Below, in pieces: positions 1-7,665 of a stretch of 64,000 bases of DNA. The first letter of the stretch is position 1. Each line of letters starts with the position of its first letter. The position numbers and the translations under genes were made by a program. This DNA is from Syntrophorhabdaceae bacterium (GTDB lineage Bacteria; Desulfobacterota; Deferrimicrobia; Deferrimicrobiales; Deferrimicrobiaceae). The notes beneath the pieces are model-generated. The model ran no database searches and was not told the origin of the DNA. It saw nothing but the letters and a program-made list of their open reading frames with translations. The stretch lies in contig WRHP01000003.1 of NCBI GenBank assembly GCA_009783195.1, positions 4,096-68,095 on the forward strand. The letters run 5' to 3'.

Positions 1-675
1 CGAAATGTAGAACCCGCCGATACCGTCCGGACCCATCAGCCACTTGTGGCTGTCCGCGGATACCGCGTCGATCCCGAATGATTTGACATCCATCGGCAGG
101 ACTCCAAGCGACTGAATCCCATCAACGCAGAAAAAGATCCCGTTCTTTTGGCAATACTCCCCAATGCTGGAAAGATCGTTGCGAAAGCCGCTCAAAAACT
201 CAACCGACGACAACGTGATCAGCCGTGTCTTTCCGTCGCACGCCGCAAACAGATCCTCTTTTCGGGTCCACCCATCCTTGGCGCAGATCATTCGCACTTC
301 CACGTTTCGGGTCTGAAGGCGCATCCACGGATAGATATTGGACGGAAACTCCACGTTCGTCGTAACAAGGTTGTCGCCCTCTTTCCAGGGAAAACCAGCC
401 GCGACGAATGAAAGACCCTCTGAGGTGCTTTTCACGAAAGCAATCTCTTCGGGCGACGCCCCGACTATGGAGGCGAAACGTCCGCGGGTTTCCTGGATAA
501 GCCCTTCCCAATGCCGTATCGGCATTGCGCCTTCATCCCGGCTGCGCCGGTACGCGCGAATGCCCGCTTCCGCAGCGCTTGCGGGAAGGGGGGAAACGCC
601 CGCATGGTTGAAATAGAGGTATTGAGAGGAGACGGGAAACTCAGCCGCGCGGATAGGGGACACATCGATCGGCAA
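1..675 (-). CDS. Class V aminotransferase / cysteine desulfurase-family PLP enzyme (3' end lies outside window)
   Basis: Not in the ORF track because it runs off the window. Manual reverse translation gives YLYFNHAGVSPLPASAAEAG, AFVKSTSEGLSFVAAGF and the PLP-lysine motif SADSHKWLMGPDGIGGFYIS at the window edge. The only in-frame start is TTG 673-675, with AGGAGG 6 nt upstream. Confidence 0.8.
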   Translation of the reverse strand, partial: MPIDVSPIRAAEFPVSSQYLYFNHAGVSPLPASAAEAGIRAYRRSRDEGAMPIRHWEGLIQETRGRFASIVGASPEEIAFVKSTSEGLSFVAAGFPWKEGDNLVTTNVEFPSNIYPWMRLQTRNVEVRMICAKDGWTRKEDLFAACDGKTRLITLSSVEFLSGFRNDLSSIGEYCQKNGIFFCVDGIQSLGVLPMDVKSFGIDAVSADSHKWLMGPDGIGGFYIS

Positions 676-724
676 GGAACTCCTCCTGCAAGGGTGTCTT
701 TTTACTACGCTATAATACAACGCG

Positions 725-1534
725 ATGGAATGGTCTGATAAAAACAGTATTCGGTACGACCGAAATATCCGGCTGGCCGAACTTGGCAGGCAGGGACAGG
801 AGCGGCTGTTCCGTTCCTCGGTCCTGGTCGTCGGCGCCGGCGGTCTGGGATCGCCCGTTTTGCTATATCTTGCGGCGGCGGGCATCGGCCGGATCGGCAT
901 TATGGACGGCGACCGCCTGGAGCTGACAAACCTGAACAGGCAGGTGGTCCATAAAGACGCCTCTATAGGGCGATGGAAAGCGGAATCGTCGGCGGAGACG
1001 CTTCGGGCATTCCGGCCGGATCTCGCGGTGGATGTTCATAACAAGCTGCTTACAGCTGAAAACGCCTGCGATACTTTTTGCTGGTACGATATCGTAGTTG
1101 ACGCCACCGACAGCTTTCCCGCAAAGTTTCTGTGCAACGACGCCGCCGTAATCATGCGGCGCCCTCTGATTCACGCGGGGGTCATCCGGTTTGGGGGGCA
1201 ACTGCTCACGGTGCTGCCGGGCGAAACGGCATGCCTGCGCTGCCTGATACCGGAAATTCCTCCGAAGGAAGATTCCCCAAGCGCCGCCCAGATCGGCGTA
1301 CTCGGCGCGGCGGCCGGAATCGTGGGAGCCTGGCAAGCGCTGGAAGCGGTGAAACTCATAGCGGAGATACCCCCGAGGCCAGGAGGCATCCTCCTGTCGT
1401 TAGACACGCTTTCCGGAGAAACATCGCGGCATATCGTGCCAAGAGATCCGGCGTGCCCCGCGTGCGGCGACAACCCAAGAATTTCAGAGCCGCTAACGCC
1501 TGCGGAATACGAACAGGACCAGAATCAGTTATAA
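725..1534 (+). CDS. ThiF/MoeB/HesA-family E1-like adenylyltransferase
   Basis: 269 aa. Nucleotide-binding motif VLVVGAGGLGSPVLLYLAAAGIGRIGIMDGDRLELTNLNRQ. Two CxxC pairs (CLRC, CPAC) near the C-terminus. Divergent from the class V aminotransferase. Confidence 0.85.
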   Translation: MEWSDKNSIRYDRNIRLAELGRQGQERLFRSSVLVVGAGGLGSPVLLYLAAAGIGRIGIMDGDRLELTNLNRQVVHKDASIGRWKAESSAETLRAFRPDLAVDVHNKLLTAENACDTFCWYDIVVDATDSFPAKFLCNDAAVIMRRPLIHAGVIRFGGQLLTVLPGETACLRCLIPEIPPKEDSPSAAQIGVLGAAAGIVGAWQALEAVKLIAEIPPRPGGILLSLDTLSGETSRHIVPRDPACPACGDNPRISEPLTPAEYEQDQNQL

Positions 1535-1553
1535 ACGTTTCTTTGGGGACGTC

Positions 1554-2993
1554 TTACACCTGGAGGATGTTGGACTTGAAGATCAGCTTCTCCTGATCGT
1601 CTCCGTCATCGGGGAAAACCGCGTAGCCAAAGCGCACATCCACAACGGTATCCTTTAACTTCTTGCGAATCCGCTCCACTTCAACCTTTATAGCCTTGCT
1701 GATGCGGCCAACGGCGCTCATATTGCCGTCATCGGTCTCGGGAAGTATCATTCCAAACTTTGCTTCGTTTATTCTCGCCACGACATCATATTCCCTCAGC
1801 GTGCCGCGAATCGTCTTGGCCACCTGCTTCAGCACATAGTTTTCCATATGGTCATCGCGCTCGGATGACTCCGCTTGAACCCGGACGCGCACCTCGCATA
1901 CAAGAAGGACAAGCCGCCGCTTGAACCGCTTGGCGCGGCTTACCTCGTTCATAAGGCGAGTGCGGAAATATTTCAGTGTGGGCAGCCCGGTCAGCCCGTC
2001 AAGGTTGCGCAGTTGGTCGCTGCGCGTGTAGGCGATGGCGTTGGAAACCGCTCTCTCCACGTATTGAATAAACTTCGAGAAGGTGGCCAGATCCTTCGCG
2101 GAAAAAAACGATTTAAAGGTCTTGTGCGTAAGTTTATCGACAATGGTGACTGTCCCAAAAGTGCCTTCGTTCCCTCTCAAAGGAAGGCAGATATGTGTGC
2201 GCGCAGTATCGGAGAACTCGCTCCAGTTTTTATCCTCAAATACGTTTCGCACCAGCAGCGAAGGCTCCCCCTTCAAGATGCGCGAGACCGCCTTTTTATC
2301 CAGGAGGAACAGTCTTTTTTGCTCTTCTTCTTTCTTGTTTCCGCAAAACTCGCGAATCCCGTACTTTCCGGTCTCCGGGTCGAGCAGCCGGATAATACAT
2401 ACCTCCGCCTCCATGATCATGCAGGCGGACGCGGACACCAGCTTCAGAAGCTGCGAGAGGTTCAGCGTCGAGATTATATTGACCCCGGCCTCGTTGATGG
2501 CGGCTATCTTGGTCATCCGCTGGTTGACGGATTCTTCACGCAGCGACGAACCGACAACATCCCCCAAAAGCTTCGTGGCCTCATAGATCGCTGACTGGCG
2601 CTCTTGCGAAAAACCAGACTCGGTCACGGTATGCATGACTAAAACGCCAACCGGCTCCTCGTAGGAAATCAAGGGAACCACCATAGCCGCGCCCTGCCGG
2701 CAGCCTTCTTTGGGAGGATTTCGCTCCTCGAGAACAATGGAGCGTCGCTCGGTAAGCGCAAGTCTTTCAAGGGTGCCTTTCGACGAAAAGTGAATTCCGG
2801 AGGTTTTTTCGCGGATTTTGCGGTTAGAGAACTTTATGAAAAAATCCTCGCTGTCCTGATCGAACAGCAAGACGGAGATAACCCCTCCTCCGACAAAGCC
2901 GGATACCGCGACGCACCAATCTTTAAGCCTATCTTCAATCGGTTTACCCGATCGAAGAATATCTCCGACATTGCTTACAAAAGTTTCAGACAA
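1554..2993 (-). CDS. GAF-GAF-GGDEF domain protein with degenerate (likely inactive) GGDEF site
   Basis: 479 aa, TTG start with AAGGGGTGG upstream. Two GAF-like regions, then a GGDEF fold starting DGLTGLPTLKYFRTRL. The RxGGDEF signature is replaced by RINEAKF (1755-1769), and the usual D-x-D/FK metal site is replaced by LLVCEVRV. Confidence 0.8.
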   Translation of the reverse strand: MSETFVSNVGDILRSGKPIEDRLKDWCVAVSGFVGGGVISVLLFDQDSEDFFIKFSNRKIREKTSGIHFSSKGTLERLALTERRSIVLEERNPPKEGCRQGAAMVVPLISYEEPVGVLVMHTVTESGFSQERQSAIYEATKLLGDVVGSSLREESVNQRMTKIAAINEAGVNIISTLNLSQLLKLVSASACMIMEAEVCIIRLLDPETGKYGIREFCGNKKEEEQKRLFLLDKKAVSRILKGEPSLLVRNVFEDKNWSEFSDTARTHICLPLRGNEGTFGTVTIVDKLTHKTFKSFFSAKDLATFSKFIQYVERAVSNAIAYTRSDQLRNLDGLTGLPTLKYFRTRLMNEVSRAKRFKRRLVLLVCEVRVRVQAESSERDDHMENYVLKQVAKTIRGTLREYDVVARINEAKFGMILPETDDGNMSAVGRISKAIKVEVERIRKKLKDTVVDVRFGYAVFPDDGDDQEKLIFKSNILQV

Positions 2994-3011
2994 CAGGAGC
3001 CACCCCTTCTA

Positions 3012-4304
3012 TTACTGCTCCTTATCCATCCCAATGCTAATGCGTATATACACGGGGTTCCCGGCGCCGTCAAAAAACAGCGCGGGAATTACAGCGCGCC
3101 CGTCAGGGGCGATATAGGGAGACTCAAACTGCATAAACGTAAGTCCTCCGCCTTGCGCCTCCACAGAAATAGCGGGAGCGGGAACAGGCGGCACAGCAAA
3201 GACATCCTCCGTCTCCTGGAAAACATCGGGAGTCTCAACCTCTACCTCGATATCTCCCAGTTCCTCCAATTCATGCGCGACCGCCGCCGACTCCTGTACA
3301 GACGGCGCCAGCTTGTGTTTGGTGGAAGCTGGTTTAAGCTTCTGTTGAGGTTCAGACGGAGGCAGCAACAGCGGAGGTGGAGCAAGAACAGGCGGCGGCG
3401 GAGGCGGTTCCAGTTTCGCAGCCGGAATGTTAACAACCGGCTCAAAATCGACCTCTTCTTCCTCTATTTCCATATCCTTGATCTCCTCGATAGCGGAGAT
3501 CTCTTCCAGTGGTTTCGGCTTTGGCTCACTCTTTGGTTTCGGTTTCGGTTCCGGTTCAATCTTTGGCTTTGGTTCAGGTTCGCTCTTTGGCTTCGGCTCC
3601 GGTTCGCTCTTTGGTTTCGGCTCCGGTTCGCTCTTTTGCTTATTCTCAGGAGCCTTTTTGGGGATTTCTTCCAGAGATTTTTCGGGCGCTTCCTGAGAAT
3701 CCACCTCGCCAGGCATCAAAAGGGTCTTGCGAAGATGCGCGAAAACGAGCCGGGAAATGGCAACAAGCGTCTCCGTAACGCCCTTACCCGCGGGAGCGAC
3801 AGCCTCACAGGTCGGGACGTTCATGTAATTCAGCTCCGCATCCATCTCCTGCATGGTCAGGACGTTTTTCAGATCGCGCTTGTTGTACTGAAGAACAAAC
3901 GGCAGCTCTTCAAGCTTCTTTCCGTAGCTTGAAAGGTTGTCTATCAGGTTCTTTAGGCTTTCCATATTGCTGCCGACCATATCCCGCTGCGAATCGGCAA
4001 CGAACACAACGCCATCGACTCCCTGAAGCACAAGCCGCCGCGTTGCGTTATAGAAAACCTGCCCCGGAACAGTGTAGAGATGAAAGCGTACCTTGAACCC
4101 CTTGATCTGACCCAGGTCGATCGGCAGAAAATCGAAAAACAGGGTTCGGTCGGTCTCTGTGGGAAGCGAGATGAGGCGCCCTTTCTGGTCCGGACGCAGC
4201 ATTTTGTGAATCATCTCGATGTTGGTGGTCTTGCCGGAAAGGCCCGGACCATAGTAAACGATCTTCGCACTAAGTTCTCGGGTTGCGTAATTAAATAGCG
4301 CCAC
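3012..4304 (-). CDS. mglA: MglA-like Ras-superfamily GTPase with long non-MglA C-terminal extension
   Basis: The track ORF starts at GTG 4370, but MglA similarity begins at VALFNY, and GTG 4304 is preceded by GGGAGAAGAT. The core carries FNYATRELSAKIVYYGPGLSGKTTN, LPTETDRTLFFDFLP, HLYTVPGQVFY and QYNKRD. About 235 further residues follow (KSEPEPKP repeats, an acidic stretch, a poly-Pro stretch and a terminal module). Confidence 0.85.
   Translation of the reverse strand: MALFNYATRELSAKIVYYGPGLSGKTTNIEMIHKMLRPDQKGRLISLPTETDRTLFFDFLPIDLGQIKGFKVRFHLYTVPGQVFYNATRRLVLQGVDGVVFVADSQRDMVGSNMESLKNLIDNLSSYGKKLEELPFVLQYNKRDLKNVLTMQEMDAELNYMNVPTCEAVAPAGKGVTETLVAISRLVFAHLRKTLLMPGEVDSQEAPEKSLEEIPKKAPENKQKSEPEPKPKSEPEPKPKSEPEPKPKIEPEPKPKPKSEPKPKPLEEISAIEEIKDMEIEEEEVDFEPVVNIPAAKLEPPPPPPVLAPPPLLLPPSEPQQKLKPASTKHKLAPSVQESAAVAHELEELGDIEVEVETPDVFQETEDVFAVPPVPAPAISVEAQGGGLTFMQFESPYIAPDGRAVIPALFFDGAGNPVYIRISIGMDKEQ
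3507..3635 (-). repeat. In-frame 24-nt tandem repeat (~4.5 copies) encoding KSEPEPKP
   Basis: The plus-strand unit ggttcgctctttggcttcggctcc recurs with few changes. It translates on the minus strand as KSEPEPKP x3, KIEPEPKP, then the degenerate KPKSEPKPKP. Confidence 0.9.
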
Positions 4305-4320
4305 ATCTTCTCCCGAACGT

Positions 4321-4800
4321 TTAGTTTCTCTGCGCCAGCATGCGCTTGGCCTCTTGGCGCACGGTAACACTTACACTACGGTTGTTCGAAATAATCCGCA
4401 GTTCGTTCGTCGCAAAACCGCGCAGGAAGCGGATTGCGGCCGGAGGCGGCGTCCTCGGGTTCTGCACGATCGCCGAAACAATCTGGCGATTCGAAGTCCA
4501 CTGCCGGTTGTCCGCAATAACCCGGAGGATGTCCTCGTTGGTCTGGGAAGACGAAGCAAAGGTAATTATGTCCTCCTCGGACAGCAGCGGACTATTTATC
4601 AATGCTCTGGCAACCATTGAGCTGGCATCGCGGGAAAGAATCCTGCGAACCTCACGGTTTCCTTTCGCCGCCAACTCCACCTTCTCCGGAACCGTCATTG
4701 CGGAGATCTTGGCTTCCAGCGACTGGCGCGACTCCTCGCCGACAGGCTGGCCGGAGGTCGGGGCATCGGAACCTTGCTGCTTATTGTCGGAAGCGGTCAC
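4321..4800 (-). CDS. Hypothetical alpha-solenoid (LRV/HEAT-like repeat) protein
   Basis: 159 aa. The GTG start overlaps the EF-G-like stop (GTGA at 4797-4800). Repeated helical motifs VRRILSRDASSMVARALINSPLLSEEDI, ILRVIADNRQWTSNRQIVSAIVQNPRTPPPAAIRFL and ELRIISNNRSVSVTVRQEA. No Roadblock/LC7 signature. Confidence 0.6.
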   Translation of the reverse strand: MTASDNKQQGSDAPTSGQPVGEESRQSLEAKISAMTVPEKVELAAKGNREVRRILSRDASSMVARALINSPLLSEEDIITFASSSQTNEDILRVIADNRQWTSNRQIVSAIVQNPRTPPPAAIRFLRGFATNELRIISNNRSVSVTVRQEAKRMLAQRN

Positions 4801-6884
4801 TCTTCCTCCTCTTCCCCTATCTCCTTCTTGGCCTCCGCAATTACCTTTTCGGCAATGGCGGCCGGCGTTTCCTCGTAGTGATCAAGCTTCATGGAGAACT
4901 GACCGCGTCCTCCGGTCATCGAGTTGAGGTCCGACGAATAGCGAAGCACTTCGGCCAGCGGCACCTGGGCCCGGACAATCTGGCTTTTGCCTCTCGCGTC
5001 GACGCCCAGCACGCGGCCGCGCCGCCCGCTCATATCGCCCATGACATCGCCCACGTTCTCGTCCGGCACGATTACTTCCATCTCGACAATCGGCTCCAGC
5101 AGCACCGGCTTTGCCTGCTCCGCCGCCTTCTTGAAAGCAAGAGAGCCAGCGATCTTGAACGCCATTTCCGAAGAGTCGACCGTGTGGTAAGAACCGTCGA
5201 AGATGGTGACTTTCACGTCCACCACCGGGAATCCGGCGATAACGCCTTTGGCCATCCGCTCCACAACGCCCTTCTCAACCGCGGGGATGAACTGCCTCGG
5301 GACCGACCCGCCGACGATCGCGTCAACATACTCGAATCCTTTGCCCCTTGGCTGCGGCTCTATCCGAATCCAGCAGTCGCCGTACTGGCCGCGTCCGCCG
5401 GACTGCTTCTTATGCTTGCCCTGCACCTCGGCCTTACCCTTGATGGTTTCAAGGTAAGCAATCTTTGGAGTGCGCAGCTCCACCTCGACGCTGTATTGCC
5501 GTTTGAGCTTTTCGACTATGACTTCGAGATGGGTATCGCCCATACCGGCGAGGATAAACTCGTTGGTCTGCGCGTCTTTGCGGAAATGGATGGTGGAATC
5601 CTCTTCCATCATCCGGGCGATAGACACGCCCAGCTTGTCTTCGTCGCTGCGGGTCTTGGGCCGCACGGCAAAAGAGATTACCGGCTCCGTCTTCTCCGGA
5701 AGGTTGAACAGGACCGGCGCCGCCTTCGGGTCGCAAAGCGTATCGCCGGTAGTGGTTTCCTTGAACTTGGCCACCGCGACGATTTCGCCCGCGGTAGCCG
5801 AGCTGACGGTTTTCTGTTTTTTGCCTTCCAGACGAAGGATCTGGCCGATCCGCTCCGACGCGTCCTTGGTAGAGTTCAACGGCGACATTTCAGCGGTAAG
5901 CGTTCCGGAGAAGATTTTGAAGATGGAAAGCTTTCCGGCATATGGGTCGGCAAGCGTCTTGAACACCTGCGCAGAAAACGGAGCCTTCTCTGAAATCTCG
6001 CGCTTCTCTTCCGCCTTCGTTTTGGGATTGGAGCCAGCTACAGATCCGCGGAAAGACGGATCGGGCAACGCGAAATTGATCAGGTCCATCAGCGCCGCGA
6101 TGCCGATGATGCGCGCGGAACTGCCGCAGAGTACCGGCAGGAACTTCGCGGCAAGGACGCCGGCCCGGAACCCGGAACGAATCTCGTCCTCGGTAAGCTC
6201 CCCGCCTTCGAGAAACTTTTCTATCAGGGTATCGTCGGCTTCGGCGCAAGACTCGATCAGCTTCTCGCGCGCCTTCGCCGCCGCGTCGGCCATGTCGGCC
6301 GGAATATCCTGCACCGCAAAGTCGCCGTTGTCGCCGCTGTAGACCAACGCCTTCATCCGAAACAGGTCGATCACGCCGGAGAAAGACGCCTCGCGTCCTA
6401 TTGGAAGAACGACAGGGACCGCCTGCACCTTAAGAATTTCTGTCATTTCCGCGACAGACTTGTCGAAGTCGGCGCGCTCTTTGTCCATCTTGGAGACAAA
6501 CCCGATCATCGGCACGCCAGCCACCCGCGCAAGACCAAACATCTTCTCCGTCTGCACCTCGACGCCGGACACCGCGTTCACAACAAGAACAGCGCCATCG
6601 AGAACGCGAAGGACCGCCCGCGTGTCGGCCTCGAAATTTATGTATCCCGGAGTATCGGCAAGCGTTACTTCGACTTTGTTCCAGTTGTAATGATGGAAAG
6701 ATGTGCTGATTGTAATTTTTCTGCGAATTTCTTCGGGATCGTAATCGAAGTTAGAACTCCCGTCGTCAACTTTGCCAAGCCGATCGACTGCCTTCGCGTT
6801 AAATAGCAACGCCTCCGCGAGGGTAGTTTTTCCCGCACCCCCGTGGGCGATAATTCCTACATTTCTGATTTGCTTGATGTCCAA
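4797..6884 (-). CDS. Elongation factor G-like translational GTPase (EF-G2-type paralog)
   Basis: 695 aa. TTG start with AGGAGG 8 nt upstream. G motifs AHGGAGKTTL, DTPGY and SKMD. EF-G domain II-V stretches are present (GDTHLEVIVEKLKRQY, SGGRGQYG). G1 differs from the canonical AHIDAGKTT, and there is no rpsL-rpsG-fusA-tuf context. Confidence 0.85.
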   Translation of the reverse strand: MDIKQIRNVGIIAHGGAGKTTLAEALLFNAKAVDRLGKVDDGSSNFDYDPEEIRRKITISTSFHHYNWNKVEVTLADTPGYINFEADTRAVLRVLDGAVLVVNAVSGVEVQTEKMFGLARVAGVPMIGFVSKMDKERADFDKSVAEMTEILKVQAVPVVLPIGREASFSGVIDLFRMKALVYSGDNGDFAVQDIPADMADAAAKAREKLIESCAEADDTLIEKFLEGGELTEDEIRSGFRAGVLAAKFLPVLCGSSARIIGIAALMDLINFALPDPSFRGSVAGSNPKTKAEEKREISEKAPFSAQVFKTLADPYAGKLSIFKIFSGTLTAEMSPLNSTKDASERIGQILRLEGKKQKTVSSATAGEIVAVAKFKETTTGDTLCDPKAAPVLFNLPEKTEPVISFAVRPKTRSDEDKLGVSIARMMEEDSTIHFRKDAQTNEFILAGMGDTHLEVIVEKLKRQYSVEVELRTPKIAYLETIKGKAEVQGKHKKQSGGRGQYGDCWIRIEPQPRGKGFEYVDAIVGGSVPRQFIPAVEKGVVERMAKGVIAGFPVVDVKVTIFDGSYHTVDSSEMAFKIAGSLAFKKAAEQAKPVLLEPIVEMEVIVPDENVGDVMGDMSGRRGRVLGVDARGKSQIVRAQVPLAEVLRYSSDLNSMTGGRGQFSMKLDHYEETPAAIAEKVIAEAKKEIGEEEEE

Positions 6885-6900
6885 TTACATATCCTCCTGT

Positions 6901-7665
6901 CTAAATGTTCCTCTCGTATATAATACGCAAGCCTTCCAGAGTCAAATTCTCGTCTATTTCATGTATTTTAGATGATTCTCGCGCTATTTCACATGCCATA
7001 CCACCGGTCGCTACAACATAAGGCTGTATCCGGATTTCATTGCATATACGATCAAGAATGCCATCGACCATGGCGACATACCCATAGAATATCCCCGATT
7101 GCATCGCATTGACCGTATTTTTTCCGATTACTGAAGGAGGCTTGATGATTTCTATCTGCGGAAGTTTGGACGCCTGCCTGAAAAGCGCCTCCGCCGAAAT
7201 ATTCACGCCGGGGGCAATAACCCCTCCCATGTAGTCGCCTTTCATTGACACATAGTCAAAGGTGGTAGCGGTGCCAAAATCGACGATAATTGAAGCTTTC
7301 TTTTGCTTGGCGTATGCGGCAACGGAATTGACGATCCGGTCCGCCCCGACCTCTTTGGGGTTATCCATTTTTATGGAAATGCCGGTTTTGATCCCCGGAC
7401 CGACAACCATGGGCGTCACTCCGAAATAGCGGACGCAAAGATCTATTATGGTTGGGGTTAGCGGCGGAACGACAGAGGCTATGATGATCGCCTTGATATC
7501 CGGCAACGAGAAGCTGCTCGCGTCGTAGAGGTTGCGCAGCATAATGCCGTATTCATCGCTTGTCTTATGCCTGTCGGTCCAGACGCGCCAGTGGTGCAGA
7601 AGCTTCTCGCCCTCGTACACGCCAAGAACAGTGTTCGAGTTGCCTACGTCGATCACGAGAAGCAT
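6901..7665 (-). CDS. coaX: Type III pantothenate kinase
   Basis: 254 aa. N-terminal [17 protein letters not shown], plus GADR and VVATGG motifs. Confidence 0.9.
   Translation of the reverse strand: MLLVIDVGNSNTVLGVYEGEKLLHHWRVWTDRHKTSDEYGIMLRNLYDASSFSLPDIKAIIIASVVPPLTPTIIDLCVRYFGVTPMVVGPGIKTGISIKMDNPKEVGADRIVNSVAAYAKQKKASIIVDFGTATTFDYVSMKGDYMGGVIAPGVNISAEALFRQASKLPQIEIIKPPSVIGKNTVNAMQSGIFYGYVAMVDGILDRICNEIRIQPYVVATGGMACEIARESSKIHEIDENLTLEGLRIIYERNI

Noticed and set aside
3507-3635. The tandem repeat arrays (here, 41491-41643 and 43879-44430) as possible CRISPR or satellite arrays
   Set aside because: The repeats are contiguous with no spacers, have periods divisible by 3, and are in frame within long ORFs, so they are coding repeats. 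No cas genes are present.
2790-3932. 380-aa plus-strand ORF with striking RFRFRF / LWFRL repeats
   Set aside because: The periodicity is simply the antisense reading of the KSEPEPKP coding repeat in the MglA-like gene. The sense strand has clear GTPase homology.
4602-5993. 463-aa plus-strand ORF
   Set aside because: It is antisense to the EF-G-like gene. It has shadow-ORF composition (R/L/G/H-rich) and no recognisable motifs.
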